The notes under the pieces were generated by a model. That model did not search any database. It had not been told where the DNA came from and saw only the letters and a program-made list of their open reading frames with translations. The translations under genes were made by a program, and so were the position numbers. From the NCBI GenBank assembly GCA_012295275.1, contig CM022670.1, positions 33,294,001 through 33,358,000 on the forward strand: a DNA stretch of 64,000 nt, written 5' to 3'. This document shows positions 41,946 through 56,739 of the stretch, in pieces. This DNA comes from Chrysomallon squamiferum. Its lineage: Eukaryota > Animalia > Mollusca. The first letter of the stretch is position 1, and every line of letters starts with the position of its first letter.

Positions 41946-42506
41946 GTAAGATAGTTTTTGTTTTGTTTTTTCCATATTTAACTAAGAAAGGATCAATGTT
42001 TTATAAAATGTGACTGTGTTATGGTATCTATCATTTTGAACTAACATTTGGAGCACACATTAAATTTCTAATGTTTTAGTTATAAATGAGTATTAAAGAC
42101 TGCATTCATAGTTTTTTTAAAGGCCAGGAAATAATTAATCAGAATTTATGTATTTGTTGGTTATTTTTATTCTTTGTTTCTCTAAATTACATTTTTGTAA
42201 TATCTGCATTATTTGTTTTTATACTGGTTTTATTAATTGCCTTAAATTAAGCAAGAAGGGAACAACAAATTAAATTCTTTCCCATTTTCTTTGACTGCAT
42301 GAAACCAATTCCTTTTACCCAGACCAAGTGGGATCACTTTATACTTAACATATACCCTTACTCTGTAACTCACATTTTCTTTAAAGTTAGATCCATATCA
42401 ATCATTTGATAATCTTTTCTAAAGTCAAGTTATTTGGGAAGTGTCTTCAGTCATTACTGCATACTGGTTTATAACCATTATTTGAAATATTGTATTTATT
42501 TTTCAG

Positions 42507-42642
42507 GTTGATGGAATATCACTACAAGGCTATAACAACCACCAGGCAGTGGAGGTTCTGCGTAAAACAGGACAAATTGTCCATCTTAAACTGATGCGAT
42601 ACATCCATGGGCCAAAATATGAAAAACTGCAGCAATACTTGG
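42507..42642 (+). CDS. MPDZ: MPDZ/PATJ-like exon: end of PDZ3
   Basis: tttatttttcag| VDGISLQGYNNHQAVEVLRKTGQIVHLKLMRYIHGPKYEKLQQYL+G |gttggt; 136 nt, phase 0-1. Confidence 0.94.
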
Positions 42643-43536
42643 GTTGGTATAAATTTAATTCTTGCATTCTTTATCAAAAAAACAAAGAACTCACTAATGT
42701 TTTATCCTGTGAATTGCAATTTATAGTGTAAATGTTTGCTAAACTTGAATTTAATAAGATCTTGAAACATTTTTAAAATTGTGCTTTGGGTTAGCCATTT
42801 GTTTTATTTCAGGATAACTCATTTGAAATAATTTGAATGAATTAGACATTAACAGACTTGTTTCTAATTAAATTATTCAAATATTTAAAGAAAAAGCTTT
42901 GCAAATATTAATGGTTTAGTTATTGTAGCTAGCAAAGCTTTTTCACTAATAACAAAAGCTGACAAAAAAATGCCAGTAGCTGACATCATAAAAGTGTATG
43001 AAGATCCAATCCAAACACTAAATGTAAAAATGTGCTGATTAGTTTAGTCAGAGAAATGGCCACAATAAAATGTTAGTACTTTCTCAGAATAAACCTGTTT
43101 GCTCTTTCTGCCCTAATTCTAGAATATTTTGTTTTCCTTTTAAAATAACTCTTTGCTGCCTTAGGCTAAAATGGAAGATTTTCAGCTTCAGAACTGTTGC
43201 ATGTCAACTTCTAATTATTAACACAAATATGCAAACAGAGGAAAACAAATATTAGTACTTTTTTCTTCTTTTTTTTCAAATTCAGAAAATAAGGACTTCT
43301 TCAAATAAATGAAACCCTTAATTAAATGAGTTTATGACATTGTAAAAAAAAAAGTAATTATCTAGAGTAAAGTAAATTGTGTCTGCATGCAGCTCAGGGA
43401 ATAAGTACAGGCCTGAGGCGTGATAGATGTCAGGATCAATTGTCCTTAGTGCACGACTGTTTTACCAAAGACTTATATGATGATTTGAATCTTATCTATG
43501 AGAAGACTAATAGCTTTGGGTTACCTTACTTATAAC

Positions 43537-43730
43537 CATTATACAAAAATTACAGTTTGAAACCTAATAACTGAGACTATTAACATATGTTGCGGTTTTA
43601 TTAAACAAATCTTCATCAATTGTTTGAGCTTCCTCACTTGAAATCATTATACAAAAACTGTAATTTGAAACCTAATAATCGATACTGTCAACATGTGTTG
43701 AATTGTTATGAAAACAAATCCATCATTAAT
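43537..43730 (+). repeat. Degenerate tandem duplication (about 108 bp)
   Basis: cattatacaaaaa...tttgaaacctaataa...aaca-gttg...aaacaaatc-tcat occurs twice. Confidence 0.8.
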
Positions 43731-45432
43731 TTTTTTAAAATATATTTGAATAACTGCCATCCACAAATACACATATATAATTATCATTAAAATAAACATT
43801 TGTTCTGTAACTTTAACAGATAAAATCTTCTTTTTTATTTTTCACAAGTGTATTCTGGATAGACATCAGATTTGTTCCACACTGATTACTTTTAATTAAA
43901 ATAATTTCCTTCTCTTTATGGTTTTGTCCCTGGGGTATTTGAAACCTGTTACAGACACACTGTTTTGTCTGAGACAACACAGACAGCTTATGAAGCAATT
44001 CCCTTGAAATCAGATCAAACTTAGACAAAAATAGACTTAAATTCCCAGCAATGTCTTATATTTATTTATGTAATTGTCTCAGTCCTATATATTTTATTTT
44101 AACTTGGTTCATGTTTTTGTGTTAAGGAACTAAGCAGATGTTATTTCAGCTTATTATGTGATTTTATTATTATTATTATTTTAGAAATTAAATAATCTTC
44201 TTTTAGATTTACAGTCTTTATGAAAATGTTCTAGTACCCTTAACAGAAGCAAAAATGTTTTTGAGTATTTAACTAAAAAATAGTTTGTTGTAAACAAATA
44301 CACAGACTCTATTTTATGTCCCTTTATTTAATGAAATATCATACTTTATACAGAAAATTAATATTTTCAGGATGATGTTTGATTTTCTTTTCGTTTTCTA
44401 ATTACTATGATGACCACAAATATCACTTTACTGAATTTACTTCTTTTGCATTGTAAATTTACTTTAAATGTGTGTCTACAATCTGAGGATATTATTACAA
44501 TCAAGACAGGCTTCAGTAATAAATGGATAGTTACAGTCACTATCCTTTCAGCCAGGATCATCAATAAGATGCAGACCTGACATCTATCACAGCTTGACCA
44601 CTTGAGAACCATGGTCACTTTGAACTGACAGTTAGACAGCTTTATTTTATACTTGCTTGCATCCTGCACAACTGGATGATCCCAATAAGTCTTTTTGTTA
44701 CTTCTGAATGTCTGGCAGTTTTCATGATCAGAGCAGAAGTTTTTGGAAGAAGCATTTACATAGTTATTAATTTCAGTGTCAGTCCAAAGTTATTGTTCAT
44801 AGATGTAATTAATATTATGCTTGCTGAGTGACACAGGACAAAACGTCGAAACTCACTCATGACAGCATGATATTTTACATCTATCAAACTTTACACTACT
44901 TAGATCTAATGTCCTGCTTCGATTAACAGTTTTAGATTGCGACCTCAGCTTTGGTACAGACCCAGCATTTCATTTACTTAATGTGATAATTTTTTTTTTT
45001 TTAAAAACAACTTTTGAATGTTCAATATGCAAGCACTGATGAATCGGAGTTTTAGTCGATATTGATTCTTGACAGTTGTAAAGGATTAATTTAATGATGC
45101 TCTCTTTTTTCCCCCAAGGTCAATTACAAAATCTTCATTGATATGCTTTTACACTTTTTCTTCATCCTCTGACAGGTCAAGAAATCAGTTTTATCAAGAG
45201 ATGTTAAATCAGAAGTAATTGAAAATGTACGAGTTAGTGGGGATTTGTGAAAAAAATAATTCACAAGCCCTTTGAGAACTAGTTAATTATTTGTCTCAGA
45301 TGTACTTCTTTTTTTTCAGTGTTCTCTTTTTCATAATCCACATAGCCAAGATGCTGTTATTTAACATTAAATATTGTTATTTTGATTTAAATACTATAAA
45401 TTGTAGGAAGATAATCAGCATTTAATTAACAA

Positions 45433-45654
45433 TAAATACTGAGTTGGCATTTGTTAATTTATTTTTTATTTTTTGTAATTTCTCTTTAATATATAATGAT
45501 GTAAAACATTCAGAGGGATCTTTTTGTAATGCTGTTAATCCAGTAAATACTGAGTTGGCATTTGTTAATTTATTTTTTATTTTTTGTAATTTCTCTTTAA
45601 TATATAATGATGTAATACATTCAGAGGGATCTTTTTGTAATGCTGTTAATCCAG
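45433..45654 (+). repeat. Near-perfect tandem duplication, 2 x 111 bp
   Basis: Copies start at 45433 and 45544; only one difference seen (gtaaaacatt vs gtaatacatt). Confidence 0.97.
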
Positions 45655-48104
45655 TATCTATTAGACCTATTTTATTAATTTTAAAAACAATAAATGTTCA
45701 TCTCTTATTTATTTTTAATAATGCCAGTTACATCTTTCAGTTAAATATAAATCTCTGTGGTCAGTTTCTTTGAGCAATAAGGCTTTGAAACATACAAATT
45801 ATACTTTTTATTATATACCCTTGATACACCTCAAAAATCAATACAAGAATATCATAAATCATAAATATAATTTGTCAGTATCAACAAAAAAAAAAAATAA
45901 AAGAAAAGAAAAAAAGACAAGAAATCTAACTCCAGAGTCCTGTCTTACAATTTTCATTAGCTCAGTTCATGTTTCATGATTATATTGTTTGAAACAAAGA
46001 ATGAAATATGAGCTTCAAAGAAAACAGAATTCATCAGTTTATGAACTTTTGCTGCATTCATACCTTTTAAATGTTCATCTGATAAGATGATAAAGCTACA
46101 TGGTTTGAAACATTATTATTATTATTATAATTAGGAAACAGAATATTGCTTTTGTGATTTTATTACTTTGATGAAATTAATTGTAAAATTTATTATTTGA
46201 GACATAAAAATACATAAAATTATAACCAAAATATAATATTTTGAAAATTGTGGTTTTGCTTGTTCTGCTGGTAACTGTTGTCTGTTTAAATACTTTTATT
46301 ACTTATGTGAAATTAATAGCTAAATTTGTTTTATTTCACTATAAAAAATACATAAAAAAGCAAATTTTTTTTTAAAATGGTGATTTGTTTGTAATAACGA
46401 TCAACATTTAGAGTAAATGAATTATTGCAAATTGTATCCAATACATTTAAATGACTTCCTGGTCTCAAGGGGGATCACCAAGAGTTTCAAAACATTACTT
46501 TAACATTATTATCTCATCAGCTGTGTAATAATGTTGTATTTACTCATTCCAGTTCAGATACCAAAGGGACTATTGTTATACCAAATAAATTGCTCCCAGT
46601 TAATTTAATTTGGGCTTTATTTCCAGTTTGTCCATCGAATGGGCTTTTCATTCACCCAGATTTCTGCTTCATTAAATCACAGAACCTTTCTGATGTTGAT
46701 AATTTAAAATACTGTGACTGTACAGCTGATGACAGCCTGTCAGACAGAGCTGTTTAAATGAGGATTTCAATATAGATTTATGTTAATAATTATGTATGAC
46801 ACAGGAGTTAATGACACAATAAAGTGGGGACAAAAAAAAAATGCTTTAGCAACAAAAAAATAACAATTCAGCACTTTAATCCAAAGGCCATGCACATTTT
46901 GTATTCTAATTGCTGAATCGTTCATATTATGAATTTCAAAATTGTGAGTAACAGAACAAATTTAATTGTTTTTAGTTGAATCAAAATATATATATATCAT
47001 TTGTTTTTCATTGCTTCTACTGTATAATATAGTCTTGTAGAAGAAATGAAGAAAACTGAGAGAAATGTATATATATGTTTATATAAAGAAAACAAAGGTT
47101 CCATAGGAGGAAAAGAAATGAACAATTTGATTATCTGGGAAGTTTAGACAAACAGAGTTGCTCCCCTTTGCTAAACACATTGAACAGATTCAGTGAAATG
47201 GCTTTCAGTGATAGTAATTGCTCTGTCATGTGTGGATCAACTCACAAGATTTACTATAATAATTACATTTCCTTCATAGAATAAGCAATATAAATCGATC
47301 TTTTGCACCAAAATCTGATTAAGATTTAACTGCTCTACTTGAAATGTGTTGTATTTATGTGTGTATAATGATCGTAATGTTTGAAGGCCTGACAGCTTGG
47401 ATGTTAGGCAGGTCAGCCTGGTACCAATAGAAATAAGTGAAGACTGCATTATAGAATGATTGCTTATACTACGTATGAAATTATCATTAGTGTTAATAAA
47501 AATTTCATTATTATTATTACTATTAATGGACTAGGTAAATTTATTTAATTTTAGATGTATCGTCAAACTGAACTTAGCATTATTGTAAATGTAGATATGT
47601 CCTTTGTGAAAGTATGTTTAAAAAAGCAATATTTCTTATATTGTTGTGTAGATAAAGAGTATGTTTTTTTTTTTTTAAATTTTTTATTATTAAATATTTC
47701 ATGAAATACTTTGTTAGTGTCAGATCAGTATAATGTGGAGATTGGTTTTGTTTAATACATTAATTATTAAAATAAGATTTCACAAATGTAAATTTAGCAT
47801 TTGGGTTTGAAATTATATTCAGTAACTTATTAAAATATATATATATATATATTAGTATTTACAATTTAAAATTTGCCAGCCAGACAGGTTTTTTTTTTTT
47901 TTTTTTAAAATGATTGCTGTTAGATTTTTAAAAGAAGCTCTTCATTTACAAACATACTGAAAAAAAAAAATCCAACAAACCTTCCCCCCAAAAATGCCCA
48001 GCAGTAACAATAATAATGATAATAATAAAAATAAATAAATAAAATAATTTAAAATAAAAACAAAATTATTTTTAAATTCAGTACTGTATCAAATTCTGAA
48101 AATC

Positions 48105-48105
<1 letters not shown>

Positions 48106-48165
<60 letters not shown>
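48106..48165. repeat. (AAT)n microsatellite
   Basis: Seen directly. Confidence 0.95.
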
Positions 48166-48492
48166 TCATTTTTTTATTACCATTATTATACCACATCTTA
48201 GCATAATGTAACACATTTTTCACATTATCATTTTTATGGACTGTTTTTCAAATAATAATAATAAACCACTGCAGCTTAGCATAAATGTAATATATCTGTT
48301 TTTCATTAATATTTTTCTATCTTTCTAATAATAACCATAATTATGTGCAAATATTTTTGTTGTGGTTGATGTTGTTTTTGTTATTTTTATTATCATCATC
48401 ATCATTATTATTATTAATCGACCATGGTTGTATTCAGTAATGGTCATCAGTAAATTTTATATTGTGTGTTATTATTATATTTTTTTTTATAG

Positions 48493-48639
48493 CTCAGGCA
48501 AACTCTACCATGGTAGTTCAGCCAAACATTCCTCCTCCTATGGAAATTGAAACATCAGCAGTGTCCAATCCAACATATGACTTAGCATCTAGACAGGTTG
48601 AAGTTGATGACATTACACTCTCTACTGAAGATGATTACA
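48493..48639 (+). CDS. MPDZ: MPDZ/PATJ-like exon: PDZ3-PDZ4 linker
   Basis: ttttttttatag| (A)QANSTMVVQPNIPPPMEIETSAVSNPTYDLASRQVEVDDITLSTEDDY+A |gtaagt; 147 nt, phase 1-1, compatible with both neighbouring exons. Confidence 0.87.
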
Positions 48640-48671
48640 GTAAGTTAGATTATTTATTTATCTGTGTATGG

Positions 48672-48805
<134 letters not shown>

Positions 48806-48965
48806 TATAACTAAAATATGTTTTAAATGAAACCTTTTAAATAAATTCCCTTTTGTTCTCATTCTGAATAATATCCAATTTAAAAAATTGCACCCTGTCT
48901 CATTCTGAATAATATCCCACTTTTAATCAATACCATGGCTCTGAGATATAGTTCTTATTTATTTA

Positions 48966-49005
<40 letters not shown>

Positions 49006-50882
49006 TTTTACCAAAGGATGAATTCATGTATTTATTTAAAATATAACAGATAATGCAACTGGATGTATAGGACTGTATTAATTCTTAATGGTTGAAAATT
49101 AATTTTCACTTCTTCCAGACAGGGAATAGTGTTTTTTTTTTCTTGTTTTTTTCACTTTTAGCTGACAACATCATTAGCATTCAGCACACATTCTTGTCAG
49201 ATGTCAAATCAAGAAATGTGTGTAAGTTTACTTTTAAGTGTGCTCTCAGTGGAAGCTCTATCTCACTTTGTCTTTCCCATGGAACCATTATCTGATTAGT
49301 CAAAGAGAAGTAAATGTTGGTACTGGGGATCCCTTCTCATGACACCTCGCTGTGGACAACACTGAATGTGTCTCTACATTGAGATGGCATGATTAGCAGG
49401 GCTTAATACAGTTAAGCTGAATAAGAGCCATGCTTTTAAAGCAACTCTAGAAACCATTCTGAATATTCTCCATTACCATACTGATAATATTCTAATCTAA
49501 TGTCAACAAGTCAAAGTTCTGCTTTCACTGGAGTCTGGTGACTTGTATGCTTGCCATTTGTATAAGATGGTTAACGAATGGACTGAAACTACATATTTTA
49601 AGAAAAGTAAAACTCATGTAAAGGCCTGCATAAAAAAACCTCCAGTCAAACAGAAAACTGAAAAAAAGTTTAATATTTAAGTATAAATGTTGAGAAGATA
49701 GGAATTTTCAAAACTGTAACATAAATCCTTGAGATCTGAATTATTTTGATATATAAATTAAAATTTCTTTAATATCTTAGTGCTGTATTTGATGTCAGTA
49801 TAAGTATTTAACAAAATACATTAAAATTCTGTGATGTATTATACTTGTATTCTCAGAATACAGAATTAATATTAAGTTTTGGGCTAAATTTATAATAAAA
49901 CAGATTTTCTATATTCACAGTAAGTTAAAATATGTTCTTGAAACAATGCCCTTTGTCAGTTTTGGTTCTTTTAAGATTTGGTAGTTTGGATAAGGAATTA
50001 AGAAATTGATTAAGAAATTGGGTGACTTATGTTAGTTTGCAGTTCTGAATCCTGCTTGAAAACTGATGTTTATAATGTTTATCATCCATATATAAATGTT
50101 TATTCTCAGTACAACAAAGTCACTTTGGCAGCTTGAATATACAGTTTTGTCTTGAATATTTCCAGTTACTGATACAGTTTTAAACCAGATACTTAACATG
50201 CCTGAATCAAGCAAGTTAAAATAAAATGAGCATTAGATCTTACAATTTACAAGCTTCAGATTTCAAATAACATTTTTAAGTTTAAATATCAACACTTGAC
50301 AGGAAAATATAATTCTGATCATTTAAAATTTACTATAATATTTTCAAGTTTATTTTCATTCATTTAAAAAGAAAAATATTTATTCTTTGTTTTTAATGAT
50401 TAACATCATCTTCTGAGTGTTTTTAAATAAAGTATTTCTTTAAGAAGATCAAAACACCATCTGCAAAGATAATAAACTGGAGTTGATGTGAAATACATTT
50501 CAGTGAATAATTATTCTGAGACTTATCAAAATAAGACACTGGAGAATAGTCTGTATTCATCAAAACATTATTTCTCTGTTTTTAACTCTCATGTCATTGT
50601 CATCAGCAAGGAAGCAAAGATTGATTAGCTTAACAGTGTTGAGAATGCATGACGAATTGCATTAAGATGTCTGCCCACTTCATTGCTTGCATCCTGCTTC
50701 TTCCACCACAAATAATGAAGACCAGTATTTCTTCTTTTTTCATTTTTTTAAATTTATTTATTTATTTTAAATAAATAATAAAAAAAAAAAAAAAATTAAT
50801 AATAAAAGAGGTAATTGAAAAGAGAAAGACATTTTAAAAAAAATAACAGTGGCTTTTGAGTCATTCTTCTTGTTCATCTAGC

Positions 50883-50920
<38 letters not shown>

Positions 50921-52779
50921 TAACTATTAACAACATTATTATTATCAATAAAGTTGAAAATGGATTTTGGGATACGTATGCATTGAATAAAATAGTCTCT
51001 CAGGGATGAGAAAAGTCCATTTGTTATTATTAACATTCAGTCACATAATAATAAGAATTTAGTACCTCCATAGAAAGTGACATATACAATACATAAATAG
51101 CAAAAGAACTCTGCAGTTCCACTGATCAGAACTGTTTATAAGTGTTTGATTTACTGTCTAGCAACAGATTTTTATTTGCTGTTTGGGATTGGCTTGCATT
51201 TCATTTGTAGTTCTGTTAAAAAATCAATTGTTGCAATCTGATAGATTTTTTTTCTTTTTTGTCTCTGCCATCTGCTGTCTGGCATTTTAAAAACACAGAA
51301 GCCTGCAAAGTTTAGGCAAGTTAAAATAAAGATTTTGGAGTATCTAAAAATACATTTACTTCTTCTTGGGCTATATCTTGTTGTTGATGTCTAATAATCA
51401 AAGGTGTCAATGTGTCACTGTTTTTGCAATAAAATATTTGACTCAGAGGTTAATAAGAAATACAGTTTATAATATCACTGGCGTTGTAAAGCACTTGGAA
51501 TTCTGCTTGATTTGTTTATCGATTTGTACAATCAGACATTATTTTTTCTGTTAGGGTATGAAAACCCGGTCATGTGAGACAAAGTTATACAGAATCATTA
51601 ATAACAGGGGGGAAAAAATATAAAAAATATTTTAGAAAATTGTTTGTTTGTCTGACTTTTTATGCAGTTGGCAGCACTTTCAAACAGTTAATAGAGTCCA
51701 GCCCTTTAGAAATCCTTTCTTTTCCTTATTTATTTAAAAAATAAACTCTCAAAACCAACATACAAGCATGATGTTAATAGTTCTGAAATGAAATGTTAAA
51801 ACCACAATGTTTCCTAACAGTTAGACTGCTTAACATGATTTGTTCAAAGTTTGTATTTTATAATTTTTATTATGCCATCTAAGTGAGAATGAAAATGGAG
51901 CAAATGTTTATGAGTCTGGGTCTAGAACAATAATATTTTATTAAACCAGCATCAGAGCTCAGATTTAAATGGCAAAGATCTTAGTAGTTCTACTCAGACA
52001 AGATCAAACTAAAGATATAATCTACAATATAAGATAAAATATAAGAATTGCATTGTAATTTACAAAGTAATTTTTAATCATTTGCTATACACTACAAAAA
52101 AACAAAAACAAAAATGTCAACTTTATAAGGGTTGATATGCATGAACAGTCATTTCAATTTTTCCTTTGGCAGTTAACGAAGTCTTAGATATTAAAACTTT
52201 CTTTTGAAACATGAATCTCTGACATTATGAAACCAGGAATTATATTTCACCAGCAGCCTTTCATTTTCAGTGATACACCAAGCCTGTTCCTTTCAGAATA
52301 ATTGTCATCTTCCAGTGTTCACACTAACTCAATACACTTGAAGCCTCACACACATAATCAAAATCTCATCAAAAACAGATTAATGCACTGTGGTTGTTGC
52401 TGGCCATGTTTGTATAACAATCAAAGTTCAGTGCTTGACATTGGTTTTAATGACCTGATAGTTACAGTACTTAATACAGAAATCAAACTGTGATGCCATA
52501 CATTTCTGTCACTTTATGAAGGTGAAAGGTTAAGTTCCACTGTTTTTAAAGTTCTGGCAATAGTTGCAGTCTCTAATTTCTACTGCAGTGTTGGCTGGCT
52601 GCAGACAGGATGTTGATGTGAATAAAAATAAGATTTAAAAAAAAAAAAAAAAAAAAAAAGTTCATTAAAATTTTGCAGAGATTTATTGGGCTGTAATTAA
52701 TCTTTGCAGCTCAGACCTGAAATATGGTTGATTGCAAGATCAATGCTCTTCAGTGCACTATTTGCTAATTTTATATTCT

Positions 52780-52875
52780 AACCAGAGTCTCATGACTGGT
52801 TTATCAAAGGCTGTTTAATGTTTTTGCTGTTTGAAAGTTCACTTGTTGCTAAGTGATAAAAGAAACAGCTGATGG
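52780..52875 (+). mobile_element. Degenerate SINE-like core, opposite orientation to the 17161 copy
   Basis: ccagagtctcatgactggtttatcaaaggctg...cttgttgctaa...aaaaga-agc-atg resembles the recalled SINE core. Confidence 0.45.
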
Positions 52876-53903
52876 AGAGGTGATGAAGTTGTATATCTGG
52901 TATCACCAATTTATAAAATCTGAATGTTCCACATGGGAATCAACACATTGGAATAGAGCCAGTCTCTTCTACACTTGTTGATAGATTCACATTTAAGCAA
53001 AATAAAACATAAATTCTAATTTATGACACTATGAAACACCACACCCTGAAGTGTTAGATACAGCAGCAGGAAAATGGTATTTCATTACTGTGTAATCAGT
53101 GCTCTCACAAGAAACAAATTAGATTTTGAAATTTCATGCAAAGGGTCATCACATATTAATGTGAATGTGTTTTCAAATCAGCCCTGTTGATTTTAGTGAA
53201 GCAAGGCATAGATAGATGATAAAATACCAAATTTCGGCTTCTTTTTTAAAATCACCGAGTTGATTTTCTTTTTAAAGAAAAAAATTAAATTTTACTGCAT
53301 GTATTACAGTCTGTTCTGAACCCCCCAAAAAAAAAAAATGGAATAAAAAAGATGCATAGCTATAGCTTCCAATAGTAGTAGAAAGAAGTCTTATGGTTAC
53401 AGAATTTCATGTCCAGTCGATGTTTTGTTTCACATTTGGATCTAGAAATAAAAAATTAATTTGTGAAATAATTACCATTTAAACAAATTAATTTTTTAGA
53501 CTATCACCAAAACATATATCTCATTATGTTTTTTTGTTTCTTTTTGCTATTTCTTTTTTTTTTATTATTATTATAAATAAATTTGGCAAATTCTTTCATT
53601 GCTGCAAACAAATATCTTATTATCCTTAAATTTTTTGGTTCAGTATATTTCGTTAAAAGGATTTCTGAAACGGCTAAGAATTTATAGCAGTGCATTCCAA
53701 GTGTTTATTTTCTTTCTTCTTTCTTTCTACTTTCTTTTTTTATTTTCTGCATTCTAAATTAAGACAAACCTCAGAAAACGTGAAGTTTGACTTGTTTTTT
53801 TTTGGTTTTTTTTTTTCTTGTGTTTCAACATGGTCAACTTGATGATCTCTGTCGTGGGAGGCAGACACAACAGGATAAAAAAAACGACATTTCATTAAGT
53901 GCT

Positions 53904-54025
53904 AACTGATTTCACACTGTGTTGTGCAGGTGGCTGAAATAGCATTTGTTATTGCTGCTCTGGTAATTGAGGATTCAAGGAAATTAATGATGCTGCAGAT
54001 GCAACTGTAATTTTGTTGTTAAAGA
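53904..54025 (+). repeat. Dispersed direct duplication, copy 1 (about 120 bp)
   Basis: aactgatttcaca...caggtggctgaaatagc...aaattaatgat...aactgtaattttgttgttaaaga is shared with 61617-61726. Confidence 0.88.
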
Positions 54026-55063
54026 CTGATGCAGATTGAAAGCTTAATTTTTTGTTCTTTAAAATTATTTTTATTTATTATTTATAATGTCAGTAAGCTA
54101 AATTTTGTAGTTATTTTAAACATTTATTAAGGAGTTTAATTAACTTTCGTTAAATTATATTGCATATCAAAATGAATAATCCATTTAGCTGTGATAATTT
54201 TTCATCCTTTGCTCCATATAAACTATTTTTTTCTTTAAAAAAAAAGAAAAGTAAAACAGAGAGTAATATTTATATGTCAAATCTTGGGATACTTGAGTTA
54301 AAATCTAATATCTTGATTCACCAGCAGTGGAAGTCATTTTAAAATTCATTTTTAGCCATCTCCGATGAAGTATTTGTTCAATTTCTATATAAGAAATTTG
54401 AATTGCAGAACTTTCATGGATGTTAGGCAACTTTATTTACTGTGTAAAGTTAACCACTTACAAATGGTGTTTTATAATGATTTCCAATCTTCTGCTCTGT
54501 GGAAAATTACATTTTACCTCTTTTAAGTATTTAGATAGTCATTAAGGCAGACACATCCATATTCCAAATGGAGTCAGGAAGGATGTGAAATACTGTGATA
54601 TCTCCACAACATTGAAAGCAGTTAAAATGGCACAGCTTGTCTGGAAATCAAACTCGAAATTAAACAGAAAAAAGTCAAAAAGGTCTCAGTCCTTGAAAGT
54701 CTGAGGTTTTTAAAATGATTTTCTGATGCATGGAATTCATTTTCACCAATAATGTAAAATAGGTTGTAATGATACTGAAATTTAGTTAAGGATATGCTTA
54801 CTGATATGCAGTTCTTTATTGTATAAATGTTGTTGTTGCTTTTTTCCTATTTTTATGAGAATACATGTTCTTTAAATGACCATGCAGAATACCTCTACTG
54901 TAATACTTTTACTTGTGTTGCTACTATTACTACTACTACTACTACTACTACAGTTACTGCTAATATTTCTGCTACTACTCTGTCATACACAATTTAAAAT
55001 AACATAATTTAATCCAAATTAAGTTTTTAAACAGTTGAATTTTCTTTAAAAAAAAAAAAAAAA

Positions 55064-55097
<34 letters not shown>

Positions 55098-56687
55098 TAA
55101 CAAAACAGATACTATATAAACTGATTATCTAATATTCTAAAATATTTTTAATGAATACAATTCAATGACAATAATTAATTTAGACTTACAGAAGTAAACT
55201 GATCAAACAAAACAGAAATGTTAAAATGTTAAAATACTCAATACAGTAAATTTATTTCCATTCCTAAAGCTCTAAGTTAATTAATCTAAGGAAGTGTTTT
55301 CATCAAAAATATTTTAATGGATTTTTTTTATGGTATTTGTATATATGTGTTTTCAAAGTACTATACCAATCTATTATGTTTCCTTTTGTGAGTCTAGATA
55401 TTAATTTATATTAAGTGATGTCCTTTTTAATAATTTATTTACTTAAATGTTATTATTCATTATGTTCTGACATTCTGTCCCACAAGTCTGTTAATCATAA
55501 TTACACGAAAAGCTTGATACATTTTTAATTCTGTTACTCTATTAAGGATAAATAAAGTATTGTTATTGACTACATTAACCAAAGCACTACTTTTGTACAT
55601 CAAAATTTCTCTTTTAGAATACAAATATTTTCATCTTTATCACAATGTCCATTGTTATAGTTTTGAATGTTTTCCATTAAGTGATTATCTTGTCCAGAAA
55701 CAGGATCTTGAGCATGTTTATTTTTCTCATTTACCATTAAATTAATACATAAAAGAATCTCATTCTCTTTAACCTGAGAGAGAGAAAGAGAGAGATGGAT
55801 CAAACTGAGGTTAATACATGAAAGGTAACTGAACTCTTACTTGTATACAAATGTATACTAGAAATCATCTAAATGTTTATCTGGAAGCATTTAATGCAGA
55901 TAAATCCCAGCCACCTAGCTGTTCTTGTTGTTTTTTTCTCCAGGACTGTTGTGGTTTGCTGTGCTTCATTTTGTTACCTCAAACTTCATTTATGAAAATA
56001 CAAATGGGGAATATTTTAATCAATGGGAAGGAAAATAACTCCTGTGACTTTTCTTTTCAGACGTGTTTAAAAGGGTGAATTATAAACCTCTTTTCCTAGT
56101 CACTTGCATTCAACTCAGCCTTTCTGCAACTCTGCTGTCCTTGTATTGACAGCTTGGTATTTACTGTACAAACATACAGAGTACTTGGCTGTGCATTTAA
56201 TGGCTTAATATTACCACTATCAGCACTGGATGGAAGTTAAAAAATTCCATATCATTCCTTACAGCCCATAAAACTGCCTTCAATCAGATGATAGCTATGT
56301 ATGCAATTACCTTGATACCATAAAAACAGACAGGACACTTTGGTGCAATCTTGGTCGACCTTGAAAGTTGTTTGTAAGCAGATAACAGAGTACATGTAAC
56401 TCTTCTATCAGTGGAGGTGGATACATATCATGCTAGGCAAACACACATAGTTCATCTTATGTAGCGGTCTGTGTGATGTATCAAGATAGCTGGCATTCCC
56501 TGATACAATTAACCAATCACTGTGATGAATTATGCATCATTACAGTGTGACAAACAGCGAGAGCATGTCCTGCTGTGTCCAGGGTACATGCAAGCTTGAC
56601 CGTGGTAACACACACCCCGTGATGCACTTCTGCACTGGATTACCATTTCTCCGTCTCAAAGGCTTGATGGATTACCACTAAACCAGT

Positions 56688-56739
56688 ATGAAGTTCACAG
56701 TAAATCGACACTACAGAACAGCGAATGATGTTCAGTGGA
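56688..56739 (+). CDS. Putative alternative first coding exon (joins PDZ4 exon)
   Basis: In-frame TAA at 56679, ATG with A at -3, MKFTVNRHYRTANDVQW+A, consensus donor |gtaagt in phase 1 matching exon 63674; lies in a CpG-retaining patch. Confidence 0.5.

Noticed and set aside
45444-45773. 109-aa ORF with an internal repeat
   Set aside because: Produced by the 111-bp intronic tandem duplication.
56041-56080. Acceptor-like ttttcttttcag followed by a 14-nt segment and gtgaat
   Set aside because: Not frame-preserving and has only a moderate donor; within chance expectation.
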